Shown piece after piece: positions 53,794 through 64,000 of a stretch of 64,000 nt of DNA; the stretch's first letter is position 1; each line of letters opens with the position of its first letter. Location: positions 260,276 through 324,275 of the forward strand of contig OX044367.1 in assembly GCA_943846785.1 (NCBI GenBank). Reading direction: 5' to 3'. Source of the DNA: an uncultured SAR86 cluster bacterium. Its GTDB lineage: Bacteria; Pseudomonadota; Gammaproteobacteria; Magnimaribacterales; D2472. Under the pieces are notes generated by a model. It had not been told where the DNA came from and did no database searches. It saw nothing but the letters and a program-made list of their open reading frames with translations. Position numbers and translations under genes: made by a program.

Positions 53794-55377
53794 ATGAGCG
53801 CAGTTATAGAAAACCATCATGACGATCACCATCACGGACCTGCTAAAGGTTTAACAAGATGGTTATATACAACCAACCATAAAGATATAGGTACATTATA
53901 TTTATGGTTTAGTTTTGCGATGTTCTTAATTGGTGGAGCAATGGCTATGGTAATCAGAGCTGAATTATTTCAGCCTGGAATGCAGATAGTTGAACCTGAA
54001 TTTTATAATCAGATGATAACTCTTCATGGGCTAATAATGATATTTGGTGGAGTTATGCCAGCATTTGTTGGTCTCGCTAACTGGCTTGTTCCAATGATGA
54101 TTGGGGCGCCAGACATGGCACTTCCTAGAATGAATAATTTAAGTTTTTGGATACTACCTTTTGCTTTCTTTATTCTGCTTTCCTCTCTCTTTATGGAAGG
54201 TGGAGCTCCTAACTTTGGTTGGACATTCTACGCTCCATTATCTACAACATATGCACCTCCAAGCGTAACCTTCTTTATCTTCTCTGTTCACATAATGGGA
54301 GCCTCATCAATTATGGGAGCTATCAACGTTGTTGTAACGATCATGAACATGAGAGCACCAGGGGTTGGTTTGATGAAAATGCCATTATTCGTTTGGTCAT
54401 GGTTAATTACTGCATATCTTTTAATAGCAGTTATGCCTGTGCTTGCCGGAGCAGTAACAATGATGTTGATGGATATTCACTTTGGCACTAGTTTCTTTAA
54501 TGCTGCTGGTGGTGGCGATCCCGTATTATTTCAGCATATATTCTGGTTCTTCGGCCATCCTGAAGTTTACATAATGATTTTGCCTGCTTTCGGAATCGTA
54601 TCTCATATTATTGAAACCTTCTCAAGGAAACAATTATTTGGATATTCATCTATGGTTTGGGCAATGTTATCTATAGCAATTCTTTCATTTGTAGTCTGGG
54701 CGCATCATATGTTTACAGTTGGCTTGCCTCTTGCTGCTGAATTATTCTTTATGTGGGCAACTATGTTGATAGCTGTTCCTACAGGTGTAAAAGTGTTTAA
54801 TTGGATTGCAACTATGTTTAGAGGATCAATTACATTTGAGACTCCTATGTTGTTTGCTTGTGCTTTTGTTGTTCTTTTTACAATGGGTGGCTTTTCAGGT
54901 CTGATGTTGGCTATAACACCTGCTGATTTCCAATACCATGATACATATTTTGTTGTTGCTCATTTCCACTATGTACTTGTTCCAGGAGCTATATTCTCAA
55001 TCATGGCTGCTGTTTATTACTGGATACCCAAATGGTGTGGAAACATGTATGACGAAAGACTAGGAAAATTACATTTCTGGCTTTCTTTTATTGGAGTTAA
55101 TGTAACTTTCTTCCCGCAACACTTTATTGGTTTAGCAGGAATGCCTAGAAGATATCCTGACTATGCATTGCAATTTGCAGATTGGAATATGGTATCTACT
55201 GTAGGAGCATTCTTGTTTGGAGTTTCTCAAATTTTATTCTTATTCATAGTTGTGAAGACAGTTATGGGTGGTAAAAAAGCTACTGACCAAGTCTGGGAAG
55301 GAGCAAGAGGTCTTGAATGGACAGTTGCATCGCCAGCACCATATCACACATTTACTACTCCACCTAAGATAGACTAA
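53794..55377 (+). CDS. coxA: cytochrome c oxidase subunit I
   Basis: 527 aa. WLYTTNHKDIGTLY, WFFGHPEVYI, VWAHHMF, HFHYV. Confidence 0.95.
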   Translation: MSAVIENHHDDHHHGPAKGLTRWLYTTNHKDIGTLYLWFSFAMFLIGGAMAMVIRAELFQPGMQIVEPEFYNQMITLHGLIMIFGGVMPAFVGLANWLVPMMIGAPDMALPRMNNLSFWILPFAFFILLSSLFMEGGAPNFGWTFYAPLSTTYAPPSVTFFIFSVHIMGASSIMGAINVVVTIMNMRAPGVGLMKMPLFVWSWLITAYLLIAVMPVLAGAVTMMLMDIHFGTSFFNAAGGGDPVLFQHIFWFFGHPEVYIMILPAFGIVSHIIETFSRKQLFGYSSMVWAMLSIAILSFVVWAHHMFTVGLPLAAELFFMWATMLIAVPTGVKVFNWIATMFRGSITFETPMLFACAFVVLFTMGGFSGLMLAITPADFQYHDTYFVVAHFHYVLVPGAIFSIMAAVYYWIPKWCGNMYDERLGKLHFWLSFIGVNVTFFPQHFIGLAGMPRRYPDYALQFADWNMVSTVGAFLFGVSQILFLFIVVKTVMGGKKATDQVWEGARGLEWTVASPAPYHTFTTPPKID

Positions 55378-55937
55378 TGAATTCGGACGCAAAGAAAACA
55401 TTAAAGAAACTGCTTATTGCAGTTCCTCTTATGTTTGCTTTTGGCTTTGCATTAGTGCCTTTGTATGATGTTTTCTGTGAAGTGACCGGTATCAATGGAA
55501 AAGTATTCCAATCAGACTATGAGGATGAGCTTCTCACAGATGACGGTAGGCCTTTGGCAGTTCAATTTATTTCAACAAATAATGAAAATATGCCTTGGGT
55601 TTTTGAGCCATCTGAAAAAGTAATGAAAATTTCTACCGGCGAATACTATACTGCAACTTTCTACGTTAAAAACACCACTAATAAAAAGATGGTTGCTCAA
55701 GCCGTTCCAAGTGTTGCTCCCTCAAATGCAGCAGCCCATCTTAAGAAATTAGAATGCTTTTGTTTTGAGCAGCAAGAATTAATGCCAGGTGAAGAGGCTC
55801 TTCTCCCAGTAAAATTACTTGTTTCAAATGAACTACCTAAAAACATTAAAAATATAATCATGTCATACACTATTTTTGACATTACAGACTACAATGATGA
55901 GCCAATGGCTGGTCACGAAATGAATATGGAGCACTAG
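55377..55937 (+). CDS. ctaG: cytochrome c oxidase assembly protein CtaG/Cox11
   Basis: 186 aa with a TM anchor. The CFCF copper motif (KLECFCFEQQ) is typical of Cox11. Confidence 0.85.
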   Translation: MNSDAKKTLKKLLIAVPLMFAFGFALVPLYDVFCEVTGINGKVFQSDYEDELLTDDGRPLAVQFISTNNENMPWVFEPSEKVMKISTGEYYTATFYVKNTTNKKMVAQAVPSVAPSNAAAHLKKLECFCFEQQELMPGEEALLPVKLLVSNELPKNIKNIIMSYTIFDITDYNDEPMAGHEMNMEH

Positions 55938-55943
55938 AATAAT

Positions 55944-56861
55944 ATGAGTACACAAAATTATTACGTACCTGACCAAAGTAGATTTCCAATCTTTATGGCG
56001 GTATCTTTATTTCTTTTGGTTATGGGCGCCTCAAGTACTATTAATAATTTAGGTGATGCTGATAATAATTCTGTTTATATTCTTTATGCTGGCTTTCTTT
56101 CTTTGTTCACGACACTATTTTTCTGGTTTAGACAGGTTATTAAAGAACATTTAGCTGGCTTAGATAGCAATCAGTTAAAAACATCTTATGTTTACGGAAT
56201 GGCTTGGTTTATATTTTCCGAAGTTATGTTTTTTGCAGCATTTTTTGGTGCACTTTTCTACGTAAGAAATTTTGCAGTGCCTTGGCTTGGCGGGGTTGGT
56301 GAAAAAGGAATTGGCGTTGCCGCTCTAGATTTATGGGATGGCTTCGAGTCTGCTTGGCCTTTAATAGAGACACCAGATAAAGGGGCTGCATATAAAGATA
56401 CTGGTTTTACAAGTATGTCTTGGCCTGGCTTTGATAAAGCTCTTACGTGGCTTCCACTATGGAATACAATCGTCTTATTAAGCTCAAGCCTAACCGTTCA
56501 TCATGCTCATGTTGGTTTAAAGAATGGCAACAGAAAACAATTCAATGTTTGGCTAGGAGTTACTGTAACACTTGCTGTAATTTTTGTTTTCTTGCAAGCT
56601 GCTGAGTACTATGAAGCATATACTCATTACGGCTTAACATTGAATTCAGGTATTTATGGGTCGACCTTCTTTATGTTAACTGGCTTCCATGGCTTCCATG
56701 TAATGATGGGAGGAATAATGCTTGGGATAATGTTGGCTAGATCCCTATATGCTGGACATTTTGAAGACCATGATCATTTTGGATTTGAGGCTGCCTCTTG
56801 GTATTGGCATTTTGTTGATGTTGTATGGGTAATGTTGTTCTTATTTGTTTATATACTGTAG
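55944..56861 (+). CDS. coxC: cytochrome c oxidase subunit III
   Basis: 305 aa. FFMLTGFHGFHVMMG, WYWHFVDVVW. Confidence 0.9.
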   Translation: MSTQNYYVPDQSRFPIFMAVSLFLLVMGASSTINNLGDADNNSVYILYAGFLSLFTTLFFWFRQVIKEHLAGLDSNQLKTSYVYGMAWFIFSEVMFFAAFFGALFYVRNFAVPWLGGVGEKGIGVAALDLWDGFESAWPLIETPDKGAAYKDTGFTSMSWPGFDKALTWLPLWNTIVLLSSSLTVHHAHVGLKNGNRKQFNVWLGVTVTLAVIFVFLQAAEYYEAYTHYGLTLNSGIYGSTFFMLTGFHGFHVMMGGIMLGIMLARSLYAGHFEDHDHFGFEAASWYWHFVDVVWVMLFLFVYIL

Positions 56862-57080
56862 TTAGGAACCATCCCAAGGCACACTATTTCCTAGTTCGCC
56901 AGTTATTAGGCCGATGGTAACCAGGATTATTAATATAACAGCCAAAGCAACTCTGAAACCGAGACTATTTGCAGTTCTCTTACTTTCAACTTTGCCTTGA
57001 TCGACTATTAAAAAATAGAGCGCACTGCCAAGAGATAAAAATATTAAAAATACGTCGATATAAATTAGAGTTTTAATCAT
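56862..57080 (-). CDS. twin-transmembrane-helix small protein (DUF2909-like) of cox clusters
   Basis: 72 aa with two TM helices. Occupies the usual position between coxC and SURF1. Confidence 0.45.
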   Translation of the reverse strand: MIKTLIYIDVFLIFLSLGSALYFLIVDQGKVESKRTANSLGFRVALAVILIILVTIGLITGELGNSVPWDGS

Positions 57081-57114
57081 AAAATTATTTTAGAACAGTT
57101 AACATTTTATAGAT

Positions 57115-57816
57115 ATGAAAAAAAGAAATTTTAAACCAGGAAAAAAAGTAACAATCTTTTTTGTATTCTTTGCATCTGTCTTTTTCATACTTGGATTGTG
57201 GCAAATAGAGAGAGGGCAGGCAAAGAGTAAAATAATTTCACAATTCAACAGCAATCTAAAAGAAGAGCCTTCTTACCTTTCAGATAAATCTTTAAAATGG
57301 GATAGAGTTTTTGTTGATGGTTCATGGCATGGAGATGAACAAATTCTCGTAGACAATATCATTAATAATGGCATTGCAGGATATAAGGTTCTAACACCAC
57401 TTAAAATAAGTGATTCTCAACAGTACATTCTTGTTGATAGGGGCTGGATTGCTCAAAAAGAATTTAGACAAGACTTGCCTGATATAGATATAGATAATGG
57501 GTTTGTGCGAGTTAGGGGTATCTTAGAAGATCCTGAGCTAGGCTTTGTTCTTTCTGACGACCTTGTAACAGATAAATGGCCCAAGGTTTCACAAACAAAA
57601 AATATTGAAATTATTACAAAAGAGTACAACAAAAATCTTATGCCTTTTATATTAGTAGCAGAACCAATATTAAGGGATAGCTTAGAACATATTAGAATCG
57701 TGCCTTCAACAATGATGCCCGTTAAGCATTATGGATATTCAGCACAATGGTTCACAATGTGGCTTGCAATTTGTTTAATGTATATATGGATAGGATTTAA
57801 AAAAAATGAAGAATAA
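57115..57816 (+). CDS. SURF1 family cytochrome oxidase biogenesis protein
   Basis: 233 aa. N- and C-terminal TM helices, LGLWQIERGQAK, VDRGWI, HYGYSAQWF. Confidence 0.85.
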   Translation: MKKRNFKPGKKVTIFFVFFASVFFILGLWQIERGQAKSKIISQFNSNLKEEPSYLSDKSLKWDRVFVDGSWHGDEQILVDNIINNGIAGYKVLTPLKISDSQQYILVDRGWIAQKEFRQDLPDIDIDNGFVRVRGILEDPELGFVLSDDLVTDKWPKVSQTKNIEIITKEYNKNLMPFILVAEPILRDSLEHIRIVPSTMMPVKHYGYSAQWFTMWLAICLMYIWIGFKKNEE

Positions 57817-58354
57817 AATATTTTTAGCAATAATTTTACTAACACCAATCTTGGTAGTTACTTTTTCTTCCTTGTATTTTTCTTATGGCTACTCGCCTGA
57901 TGGCACTAAAAATAATGGTATTTTTTTCAAATCATATTTTAATTTTGATCAGTTTAATCAAAATGATAATGAGCAGATGATTGAATTCGAAGACGGCAAA
58001 TGGGTAATGGCTGTATATATAACAGACCCGCAAAAATCAGCCAAATCTCTTTATCTCATGCGTCAGCTAAATGTTGCTCTTAATAGAGATATTAATAGAG
58101 TAAAAAGGGTAGCATTTTATAGCAATGCATTACTTAAGGATTCAGTAGATGAGCTTATTAATGAGTATCCGAGAACAGAGTTGGTGAATGATAAGAATGG
58201 AATTTTACTTAATGTATTGCAGAAAAACTCTGAGGCCAACATAACCGAACAAAACCCTATTTTTATAATTGACCCATATGGAAGGGCTGTGATGTATTTT
58301 GAAACTTCTACAGACCCAAAGAAAATATTAAAAGATTTAAAGGTATTAATTTAA
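57806..58354 (+). CDS. hypothetical membrane-anchored protein of the cox cluster
   Basis: 182 aa with a single N-terminal TM helix. Lies between SURF1 and COX15. Confidence 0.4.
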   Translation: MKNKIFLAIILLTPILVVTFSSLYFSYGYSPDGTKNNGIFFKSYFNFDQFNQNDNEQMIEFEDGKWVMAVYITDPQKSAKSLYLMRQLNVALNRDINRVKRVAFYSNALLKDSVDELINEYPRTELVNDKNGILLNVLQKNSEANITEQNPIFIIDPYGRAVMYFETSTDPKKILKDLKVLI

Positions 58355-59328
58355 TGAATAACATAAAAAACTTATCACTTTTTGGAATTTGTCTTGCGTT
58401 TGTGGTTATCGCTCTTGGGGCGTGGACTAGGCTTGTAGATGCTGGGCTGGGATGTCCTGATTGGCCTGGATGCTATGGCTTCATAGTCTTTCCAACAAAT
58501 GAAATGGAAATCGCTGTTGCAGAAAGCAGGTTCCCAATGTATCCATATGATATAAATAAAGCTATTCCTGAAGTTGTTCATAGATACTTTGCTGCAACGT
58601 TGGGCTTTTTTGCAATCGTATTGGCTTATCTCTCTTTTAAGCAAAATGAAAATATAAGAATCAGATATTGGGCAGTTGGACTTTTAATATTTATCTGTTG
58701 CCAAGGGCTATTTGGGTACCTAACAGTTAGTTTAAAACTTCTTCCAATAATTGTTACCGGGCATCTATTTGGAGGTTTTACCACCCTAACATTATTCTTC
58801 TTTATATTTCTTATGGCAGGAAATTTTGAACTCTTAAATAAAATGAGAATACCTAACTTAAAATTTATTGCAGGTTTGGCATTCTTTGTTCTAATTTTTC
58901 AGATATTTTTAGGCGTGTGGACAAGTACAAATTATGCATCTTTAGCGTGTGCAGATTTTCCTACTTGTCAGGGAAGCTATTTTCCAGAAATGGATTTTAA
59001 AAATGGATTTAATTTAAATCAAGAAGTCGGACCAAATTATCTATATGGCTTGCTCGATAATCCATCAAGAGTAGCTGTACATTATTCTCATAGGGTTTCT
59101 GCAATTCTTGTAACTATAGTTTTTCTTATCTTAATGTCTAAACTCTGGTTTTCTAATGCAGCTCCATTAGCTTCAACATTAGGGATATTACTTCTTACAC
59201 AGATTAGTCTAGGAATAATAAATGTTGTTTATGTATTGCCATTGTATGTAGCGATTGCTCATAATCTTATAGCCGCAACATTATTACTAACCGTATTTAC
59301 AATAAATTATCTTGCTTGGAAAAAATGA
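58354..59328 (+). CDS. ctaA: heme A synthase (COX15/CtaA)
   Basis: 324 aa. LGAWTRLVDAGLGCPDWPGCYG, HR...histidine pairs, eight TM segments. Confidence 0.85.
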   Translation: MNNIKNLSLFGICLAFVVIALGAWTRLVDAGLGCPDWPGCYGFIVFPTNEMEIAVAESRFPMYPYDINKAIPEVVHRYFAATLGFFAIVLAYLSFKQNENIRIRYWAVGLLIFICCQGLFGYLTVSLKLLPIIVTGHLFGGFTTLTLFFFIFLMAGNFELLNKMRIPNLKFIAGLAFFVLIFQIFLGVWTSTNYASLACADFPTCQGSYFPEMDFKNGFNLNQEVGPNYLYGLLDNPSRVAVHYSHRVSAILVTIVFLILMSKLWFSNAAPLASTLGILLLTQISLGIINVVYVLPLYVAIAHNLIAATLLLTVFTINYLAWKK

Positions 59329-60185
59329 ATTTAATTAAAAGTTACTATCTATTATGTAAACCTAATGTGGTTTATATGATGTTGATTTGTGCATTTGTAG
59401 GGATGTTGCTAGCTGAAGATTCAGTGAGTTCTATCTCGACAATTTGTATTGCTCTTTTTGGGATAGCGCTTTGCTCAGGTTCAGCTGCAGCCATAAATCA
59501 GGTTATAGATAGAAAAGCAGATGCTGCAATGACAAGGACTGATCAAAGGCCGCTTCCACAAGGAGAGCTCAGTGCTTTTCATGCATCCTGCTTTGCATTT
59601 GTTATAGGTATGCTTGGTGCTTTAATTTTGTATGTCTTTATTAATACCCTTACTATGGTTTTAACCTTGGCATCTTTGATTGGTTATGCTTTTATTTATA
59701 CTGTTTATTTAAAGAGAGCAACTCCTCAGAATATAGTAATTGGAGGCCTTGCCGGAGCGGCACCGCCACTATTAGGATGGTCATCAATAAGCAATTCGAT
59801 AGATCCTTATGCACTCTTGCTAGTATTAATCATATTTGTTTGGACGCCACCTCACTTTTGGGCTTTGGCTATTTATAGAAAAGATGAATATGCTAAGGAA
59901 TCAATCCCAATGCTACCAGTAACTCATGGCGTCGCTTTTACTAAACTCCAAATAGTTCTTTATACAATTATTTTATTTATTGTTAGTATTCTTCCATATG
60001 TGGTTTTAATGTCTGGAGAGATCTACTTAGTTTCATCAGTAATATTGAGCTCAATGTTTTTATATTATTCTATAAAATTGTACTTTAGTAATGATGACTC
60101 CGTAGCTATGAAAACTTTTAACTTTTCAATTTATTATATCTTTTTAATTTTTATAGCTTTATTAGCTGATCACTATTTAATGTAA
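59325..60185 (+). CDS. cyoE: protoheme IX farnesyltransferase (heme O synthase)
   Basis: ATG 59325 forms an ATGA overlap with the ctaA stop. UbiA-type motifs NQVIDRKADAAMTRTDQRPLP and PPHFWALA. Confidence 0.9.
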   Translation: MNLIKSYYLLCKPNVVYMMLICAFVGMLLAEDSVSSISTICIALFGIALCSGSAAAINQVIDRKADAAMTRTDQRPLPQGELSAFHASCFAFVIGMLGALILYVFINTLTMVLTLASLIGYAFIYTVYLKRATPQNIVIGGLAGAAPPLLGWSSISNSIDPYALLLVLIIFVWTPPHFWALAIYRKDEYAKESIPMLPVTHGVAFTKLQIVLYTIILFIVSILPYVVLMSGEIYLVSSVILSSMFLYYSIKLYFSNDDSVAMKTFNFSIYYIFLIFIALLADHYLM

Positions 60186-60826
60186 TGAAATCTATAAACA
60201 AAAATTTATTCTTAATAGCAATATTTATTATTACTGTAATGAGTTTATTTATAAATAAACTCACAACTCCACGAACACTTAGCAATAATGAATTACTAGT
60301 AAACGGCTTGTTTTTATTTGAAAAACCAAAACAAATATCAAACTTTGAATTTTTTACCTCTAACAACAGGTCTTTCACCAAAGAAGATCTTATGGGTAAA
60401 TGGACAATTATGTACTTTGGATTTTCAAGATGTCCAGATGAGTGCCCAACAACAATGTATGAGCTTTCCAAATTAGTTAAGATTCTAAGAGAAAAAAATT
60501 ACAACCTAAATGATAAACAGTGGGTTTTAGTTACAATTGATCCTGAAAGAGACTCACCTGAAGATATAGATAAATATGCGAAAGGTTTTGATGAGGACTT
60601 TATTGGTGTTAGCAATCAGAGACCAATGCTTTTAAATTTGGCAACTCAACTTTCTGTAAATAATGTTATGCCAAGCTCAAATCATGACATGGATCATTCC
60701 CATCTAGACAACCATGTGAATAGCATCATTTTGTTAAATCCAAAAGGTGAATATGCAGGACTTTTTAGGCCACCATTTAGCACTTCAAGACTCTCTTTAA
60801 CCTATCAGTCTGTAACCCAGGATTAG
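60185..60826 (+). CDS. SCO1/SenC family copper chaperone
   Basis: 213 aa with a TM anchor. Thioredoxin-fold CxxxC motif FGFSRCPDECP and a downstream H (DHSHLDNH region). Confidence 0.8.
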   Translation: MKSINKNLFLIAIFIITVMSLFINKLTTPRTLSNNELLVNGLFLFEKPKQISNFEFFTSNNRSFTKEDLMGKWTIMYFGFSRCPDECPTTMYELSKLVKILREKNYNLNDKQWVLVTIDPERDSPEDIDKYAKGFDEDFIGVSNQRPMLLNLATQLSVNNVMPSSNHDMDHSHLDNHVNSIILLNPKGEYAGLFRPPFSTSRLSLTYQSVTQD

Positions 60827-61827
60827 AAGTTAATTACGACCTTTCCTTTTGCTTTCCTGTCTTTCAGATGAGCAATGGCATCTGCAGCAGTATCTAGAGT
60901 AAATTTATCTGAAGCTTCAGGGTTAATTTTCCTTTCAGCAAACATTGCAAAAAGCTCCTCAAAATTTTTCTGATTTTCAGCAGGAAACATTCCAGTCCAG
61001 GCTCCCCAAAAAACACCTATTATTTGGCATCCTTTTAACAGAGTTAGATTAAGTGGCATTTTGGGTATTTGGTCTGCTCCAGCAGCAAAGCCAATCACTA
61101 AATATCTTCCTTCCCAAGCTATAGATCTTAGGCATGGTTCAGCATAACTTCCTCCAACAGGGTCATAGATAACATTAGGACCCATCCCTCCAGTTAGTTC
61201 TTTTATCTTATTTGAAAGATCTTTTTGCTGATCTCTATCAAGAATACCTGAGGGGTAAACAAAGCCTTCATCAGCTCCATTTGCTATACATATATCAACC
61301 TTTTCTTGTGTTGAAGCTGCTGCAATTACCTTGGCACCCATCGCCTTGCCTAGCTGGACTGTTGCTAGACCAACACCACCTGATGCTCCCAATACTAATA
61401 AGGTTTCGCCAGGTTGAATATTTGCTCTTTGTTTTAAAGCATAGATTGATGTTCCATATGTAACCGAAAGGGCGGCAGCAATTTCAAAATCCATTTCCTC
61501 AGGTATCAGTCTCAACATAGATTGATGAGCTAGAATCTTTTCAGAAATACCACCGACACCAGTTGCTGCAAAAACTTTATCACCAACCGCATAACCAGAA
61601 ACCCCCTCACCAACCTCTGTAATGATTCCTGCAGACTCTCCTCCAGGTACGAAGGGCAATGGAGGTTGAAATTGATAAAGACCTTGAATCATTAATACAT
61701 CAGGGAAATTCACACTGGCAGATTTAACATCAATAATTACATGTTCTGCTGAAACTTCAGGATCTGGAATCTCATTAAGTTGAAGTTTTTCTGGACCACC
61801 TAATTCTACGCATTGTAAAGCTTTCAT
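60823..61827 (-). CDS. NADPH:quinone oxidoreductase-like MDR family protein
   Basis: 334 aa. GGPEKLQL..., nucleotide-binding LVLGASGGVGLATVQLGKAMGAKV. Confidence 0.8.
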   Translation of the reverse strand: MKALQCVELGGPEKLQLNEIPDPEVSAEHVIIDVKSASVNFPDVLMIQGLYQFQPPLPFVPGGESAGIITEVGEGVSGYAVGDKVFAATGVGGISEKILAHQSMLRLIPEEMDFEIAAALSVTYGTSIYALKQRANIQPGETLLVLGASGGVGLATVQLGKAMGAKVIAAASTQEKVDICIANGADEGFVYPSGILDRDQQKDLSNKIKELTGGMGPNVIYDPVGGSYAEPCLRSIAWEGRYLVIGFAAGADQIPKMPLNLTLLKGCQIIGVFWGAWTGMFPAENQKNFEELFAMFAERKINPEASDKFTLDTAADAIAHLKDRKAKGKVVINF

Positions 61828-61839
61828 ATTTTCCCCTAT

Positions 61840-63330
61840 TTAAAGATTTTTGTTGTAACCAGCCAAGAAATTATTGACATCATCAATTGTATCATCTGAA
61901 ATCTTATCAAATTTTATTAAAGAATCCTCTGCTTCTTTTATAAAAGATTTCATGTCTATATCTTTCATTTTTAGCATTTCTGAATGATTCTTTTTTGCTA
62001 GCTCTATCCCAGTATCATTAAAAGATACAGCTGGATTAAAAATATTTTTTCTTAAATTTAAACTTTTTAAAGCGAGCTTGTGATCTTCGCCATTCATCAT
62101 CTCAGCAACAACCATGAGATCCTTAATAATTTTATTTCTAGCATCACCTATAGAGATTTCATCTTTTTTAATAATAATTTTTGTATTTTTATTTCTACCA
62201 TTTTTAATTGCAGCTTGGTCATTACAATTAATAACATCAAACTCTTGGTCATCGATTTCAGGACTCTCATCAATAAGACAATAAAGGAGTATTAAATCAA
62301 GTATTCGAATCTGATTTTTTGAGATACCTGTAAGCTCTTTAGGAGATAAGTCTATCCCCCTTACTTCAACGTATTTAATGCCCTCTCTCTTTAAAATATC
62401 ATAAGGTCTAACATCACCATGAGCTGCTCTCTTTGGTCTTATGCAATCGTATAATTCATTTTCTATTTGAAGTATCCCATCAGATATTTGACTATAGAGA
62501 CCATCTTCATCTTTCATGTTGAGCTTACTAAATTCTGGATATGGGTAAATAATTGCCTCTTTAATCTCTTTAAGAAAAGAATTTAAATCATTGTAGTGAA
62601 TATTTAAATTTTCCTGAGCGGGGCTTTTATATCCAATTTCACTCATTCTTAATGAGGTTGCATCTTCTTTGTATAAATCTGTTTCATTCAACTCATTAAG
62701 ATCGTTGTCTCTATTTCTTACAAAAGACTTATCAACAATAGCTGATTCACCAAATTCAGTTAAAACGAACCAAAAAACTCTTTTAAAATTTCTTATCAAG
62801 CGCAAGTACGCAGAGTCTATATCATCCTGAATGTTCGAGTTTATTAGATGTCTCATTGAACTATCAGATAAGGAAAAATTGAAATGTATTCCCGAAACAC
62901 ATTGCATAGTTTTACCATACCTTGCGGCGAGGCCTTTACGATAAACATACTTTAAATGGCCTGCTTTATTATTAGCATATGTTGCTATATTTATTTTTGA
63001 CTCGTCTTTAATTCTAGGAGGGATTGAGAATGGCCATAGAATCTCTTCATCTATGTTCTTATTTATAAATACATGAAGAGCTAATAGATGATCATGAAGA
63101 TCATTAACGTCAGTAAAAACTGGTGTAACTATTTCTACTAATGCCTCAGCAAAATCAGTTGTTATAGATGGGTTTGTGAATGAAGAGCCAAGTGCTTTTG
63201 GATGTTTTTTGTTAGAGATGTTTCCGTTTTGGTCAACTCTTAGAGATTCTTTTTCGATACCTCTTTCAATCTCAAGACTTTCGAAAAAGCCAGATTTTTT
63301 TAGTTCTTTTATTTTTTTAGTGAATTCCAC
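61840..63330 (-). CDS. gshA: glutamate--cysteine ligase (gamma-proteobacterial GshA type)
   Basis: 496 aa. RGIEKESLRV, TTDFAEALVEIVTP, MQCVSGIHFNFS, YVEVRGIDL. Confidence 0.85.
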   Translation of the reverse strand: MEFTKKIKELKKSGFFESLEIERGIEKESLRVDQNGNISNKKHPKALGSSFTNPSITTDFAEALVEIVTPVFTDVNDLHDHLLALHVFINKNIDEEILWPFSIPPRIKDESKINIATYANNKAGHLKYVYRKGLAARYGKTMQCVSGIHFNFSLSDSSMRHLINSNIQDDIDSAYLRLIRNFKRVFWFVLTEFGESAIVDKSFVRNRDNDLNELNETDLYKEDATSLRMSEIGYKSPAQENLNIHYNDLNSFLKEIKEAIIYPYPEFSKLNMKDEDGLYSQISDGILQIENELYDCIRPKRAAHGDVRPYDILKREGIKYVEVRGIDLSPKELTGISKNQIRILDLILLYCLIDESPEIDDQEFDVINCNDQAAIKNGRNKNTKIIIKKDEISIGDARNKIIKDLMVVAEMMNGEDHKLALKSLNLRKNIFNPAVSFNDTGIELAKKNHSEMLKMKDIDMKSFIKEAEDSLIKFDKISDDTIDDVNNFLAGYNKNL

Positions 63331-63339
63331 ATGGGTATC

Positions 63340-64000
63340 TTAAAGCTTAGGACCAGCAGATACAATTTCTGAGCCAACATCAAATTTCTCAAAATTATTT
63401 TGAAATTTTTCCACAAGCTCATGAAGGTATTTCTCATACTCTTCCTTGTCATCCCACGTCTCAATTGGATTAAGCAGCTTAGTATCAACTCCATCAACCG
63501 CTAATGGAACTTCTAGATTTAATCCGGATATATGCTGTGTAGCAACTCCATTTAATTCACCATTTTGAATTGCATTAACTACTCTTCTCGTAGTTGGTAT
63601 TGCGAATCTAGACCCTTTTCCAAAAGGACCCCCAGTCCAACCAGTATTTACTAAAAATACCCTAGATCCAAAAGACTCAACTCTTTTCATTAATAAGTCT
63701 GCATATTCTCCAGCAGGCCTAGGAAAAAATGGCGCTCCAAAGCAAGTAGAGAAAGTAGACTCAATAGATGAGCTTGAGCCCATCTCTGTAGATCCTACCT
63801 TAGCTGTATAACCACTTAAAAAATGATAAGCAGCAGCCTCTTTGGAAAGAATAGAAACAGGAGGGATGAGACCTGTTAGGTCGCAAGTTAAAAATATAAC
63901 TGTTTCAGGCTCACCAGCTGCATTCGAAGGTATAGCATTATCTATATGGCTTCTAGGATAGCAGCATCTGCCGTTTTCAGACAAAGATGTATTGTAGTAA
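63340..64000 (-). CDS. pckA: phosphoenolpyruvate carboxykinase (ATP), C-terminal part (5' end beyond the right edge)
   Basis: The frame is open to base 64000 (...[15 protein letters not shown]...). PckA blocks [35 protein letters not shown]. Confidence 0.85.
   Translation of the reverse strand, partial: YYNTSLSENGRCCYPRSHIDNAIPSNAAGEPETVIFLTCDLTGLIPPVSILSKEAAAYHFLSGYTAKVGSTEMGSSSSIESTFSTCFGAPFFPRPAGEYADLLMKRVESFGSRVFLVNTGWTGGPFGKGSRFAIPTTRRVVNAIQNGELNGVATQHISGLNLEVPLAVDGVDTKLLNPIETWDDKEEYEKYLHELVEKFQNNFEKFDVGSEIVSAGPKL

Overview
AT-rich (about one-third G+C by eye) proteobacterial chromosome segment around the replication origin. The minus strand carries rpmH-rnpA-yidC-mnmE, then mnmG-rsmG-parA-parB-atpIBEFHAGDC-glmU-glmS. 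The plus strand carries dnaA-dnaN-recF-gyrB. Housekeeping genes follow (plsC-like, glyQS, lpxL-like, trkH/trkA, fmt, def, purE, tsaC, hemF, aroE). Then come a complete aa3-type cytochrome c oxidase structural and assembly cluster (coxB-coxA-ctaG-coxC, SURF1, COX15, cyoE, SCO1), a quinone oxidoreductase, gshA and a partial pckA. The left 11 kb holds small metabolic and membrane genes plus a large FG-GAP lipoprotein. Two things stand out. (1) 11296..16737 is a compositionally foreign 2,720-bp three-gene cassette (GT2-like glycosyltransferase, Kdo kinase KdkA, PAPS-type sulfotransferase). It is present as an exact head-to-tail dimer with one mismatch seen, lies in a tail-to-tail intergenic gap, ends in a hairpin, and has no recombinase in the window. 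(2) Between 18.8 and 28.5 kb, 13 single-base indels break seven consecutive essential genes (glmS, glmU, atpD, atpG, atpA, atpF, atpB), while no broken gene is visible in the other ~54 kb. Every unambiguously placeable insertion is an extra A on the coding strand sitting exactly between two intact codons, which does not look like random error or decay. No rRNA, tRNA, CRISPR array, transposase or integrase was recognised.
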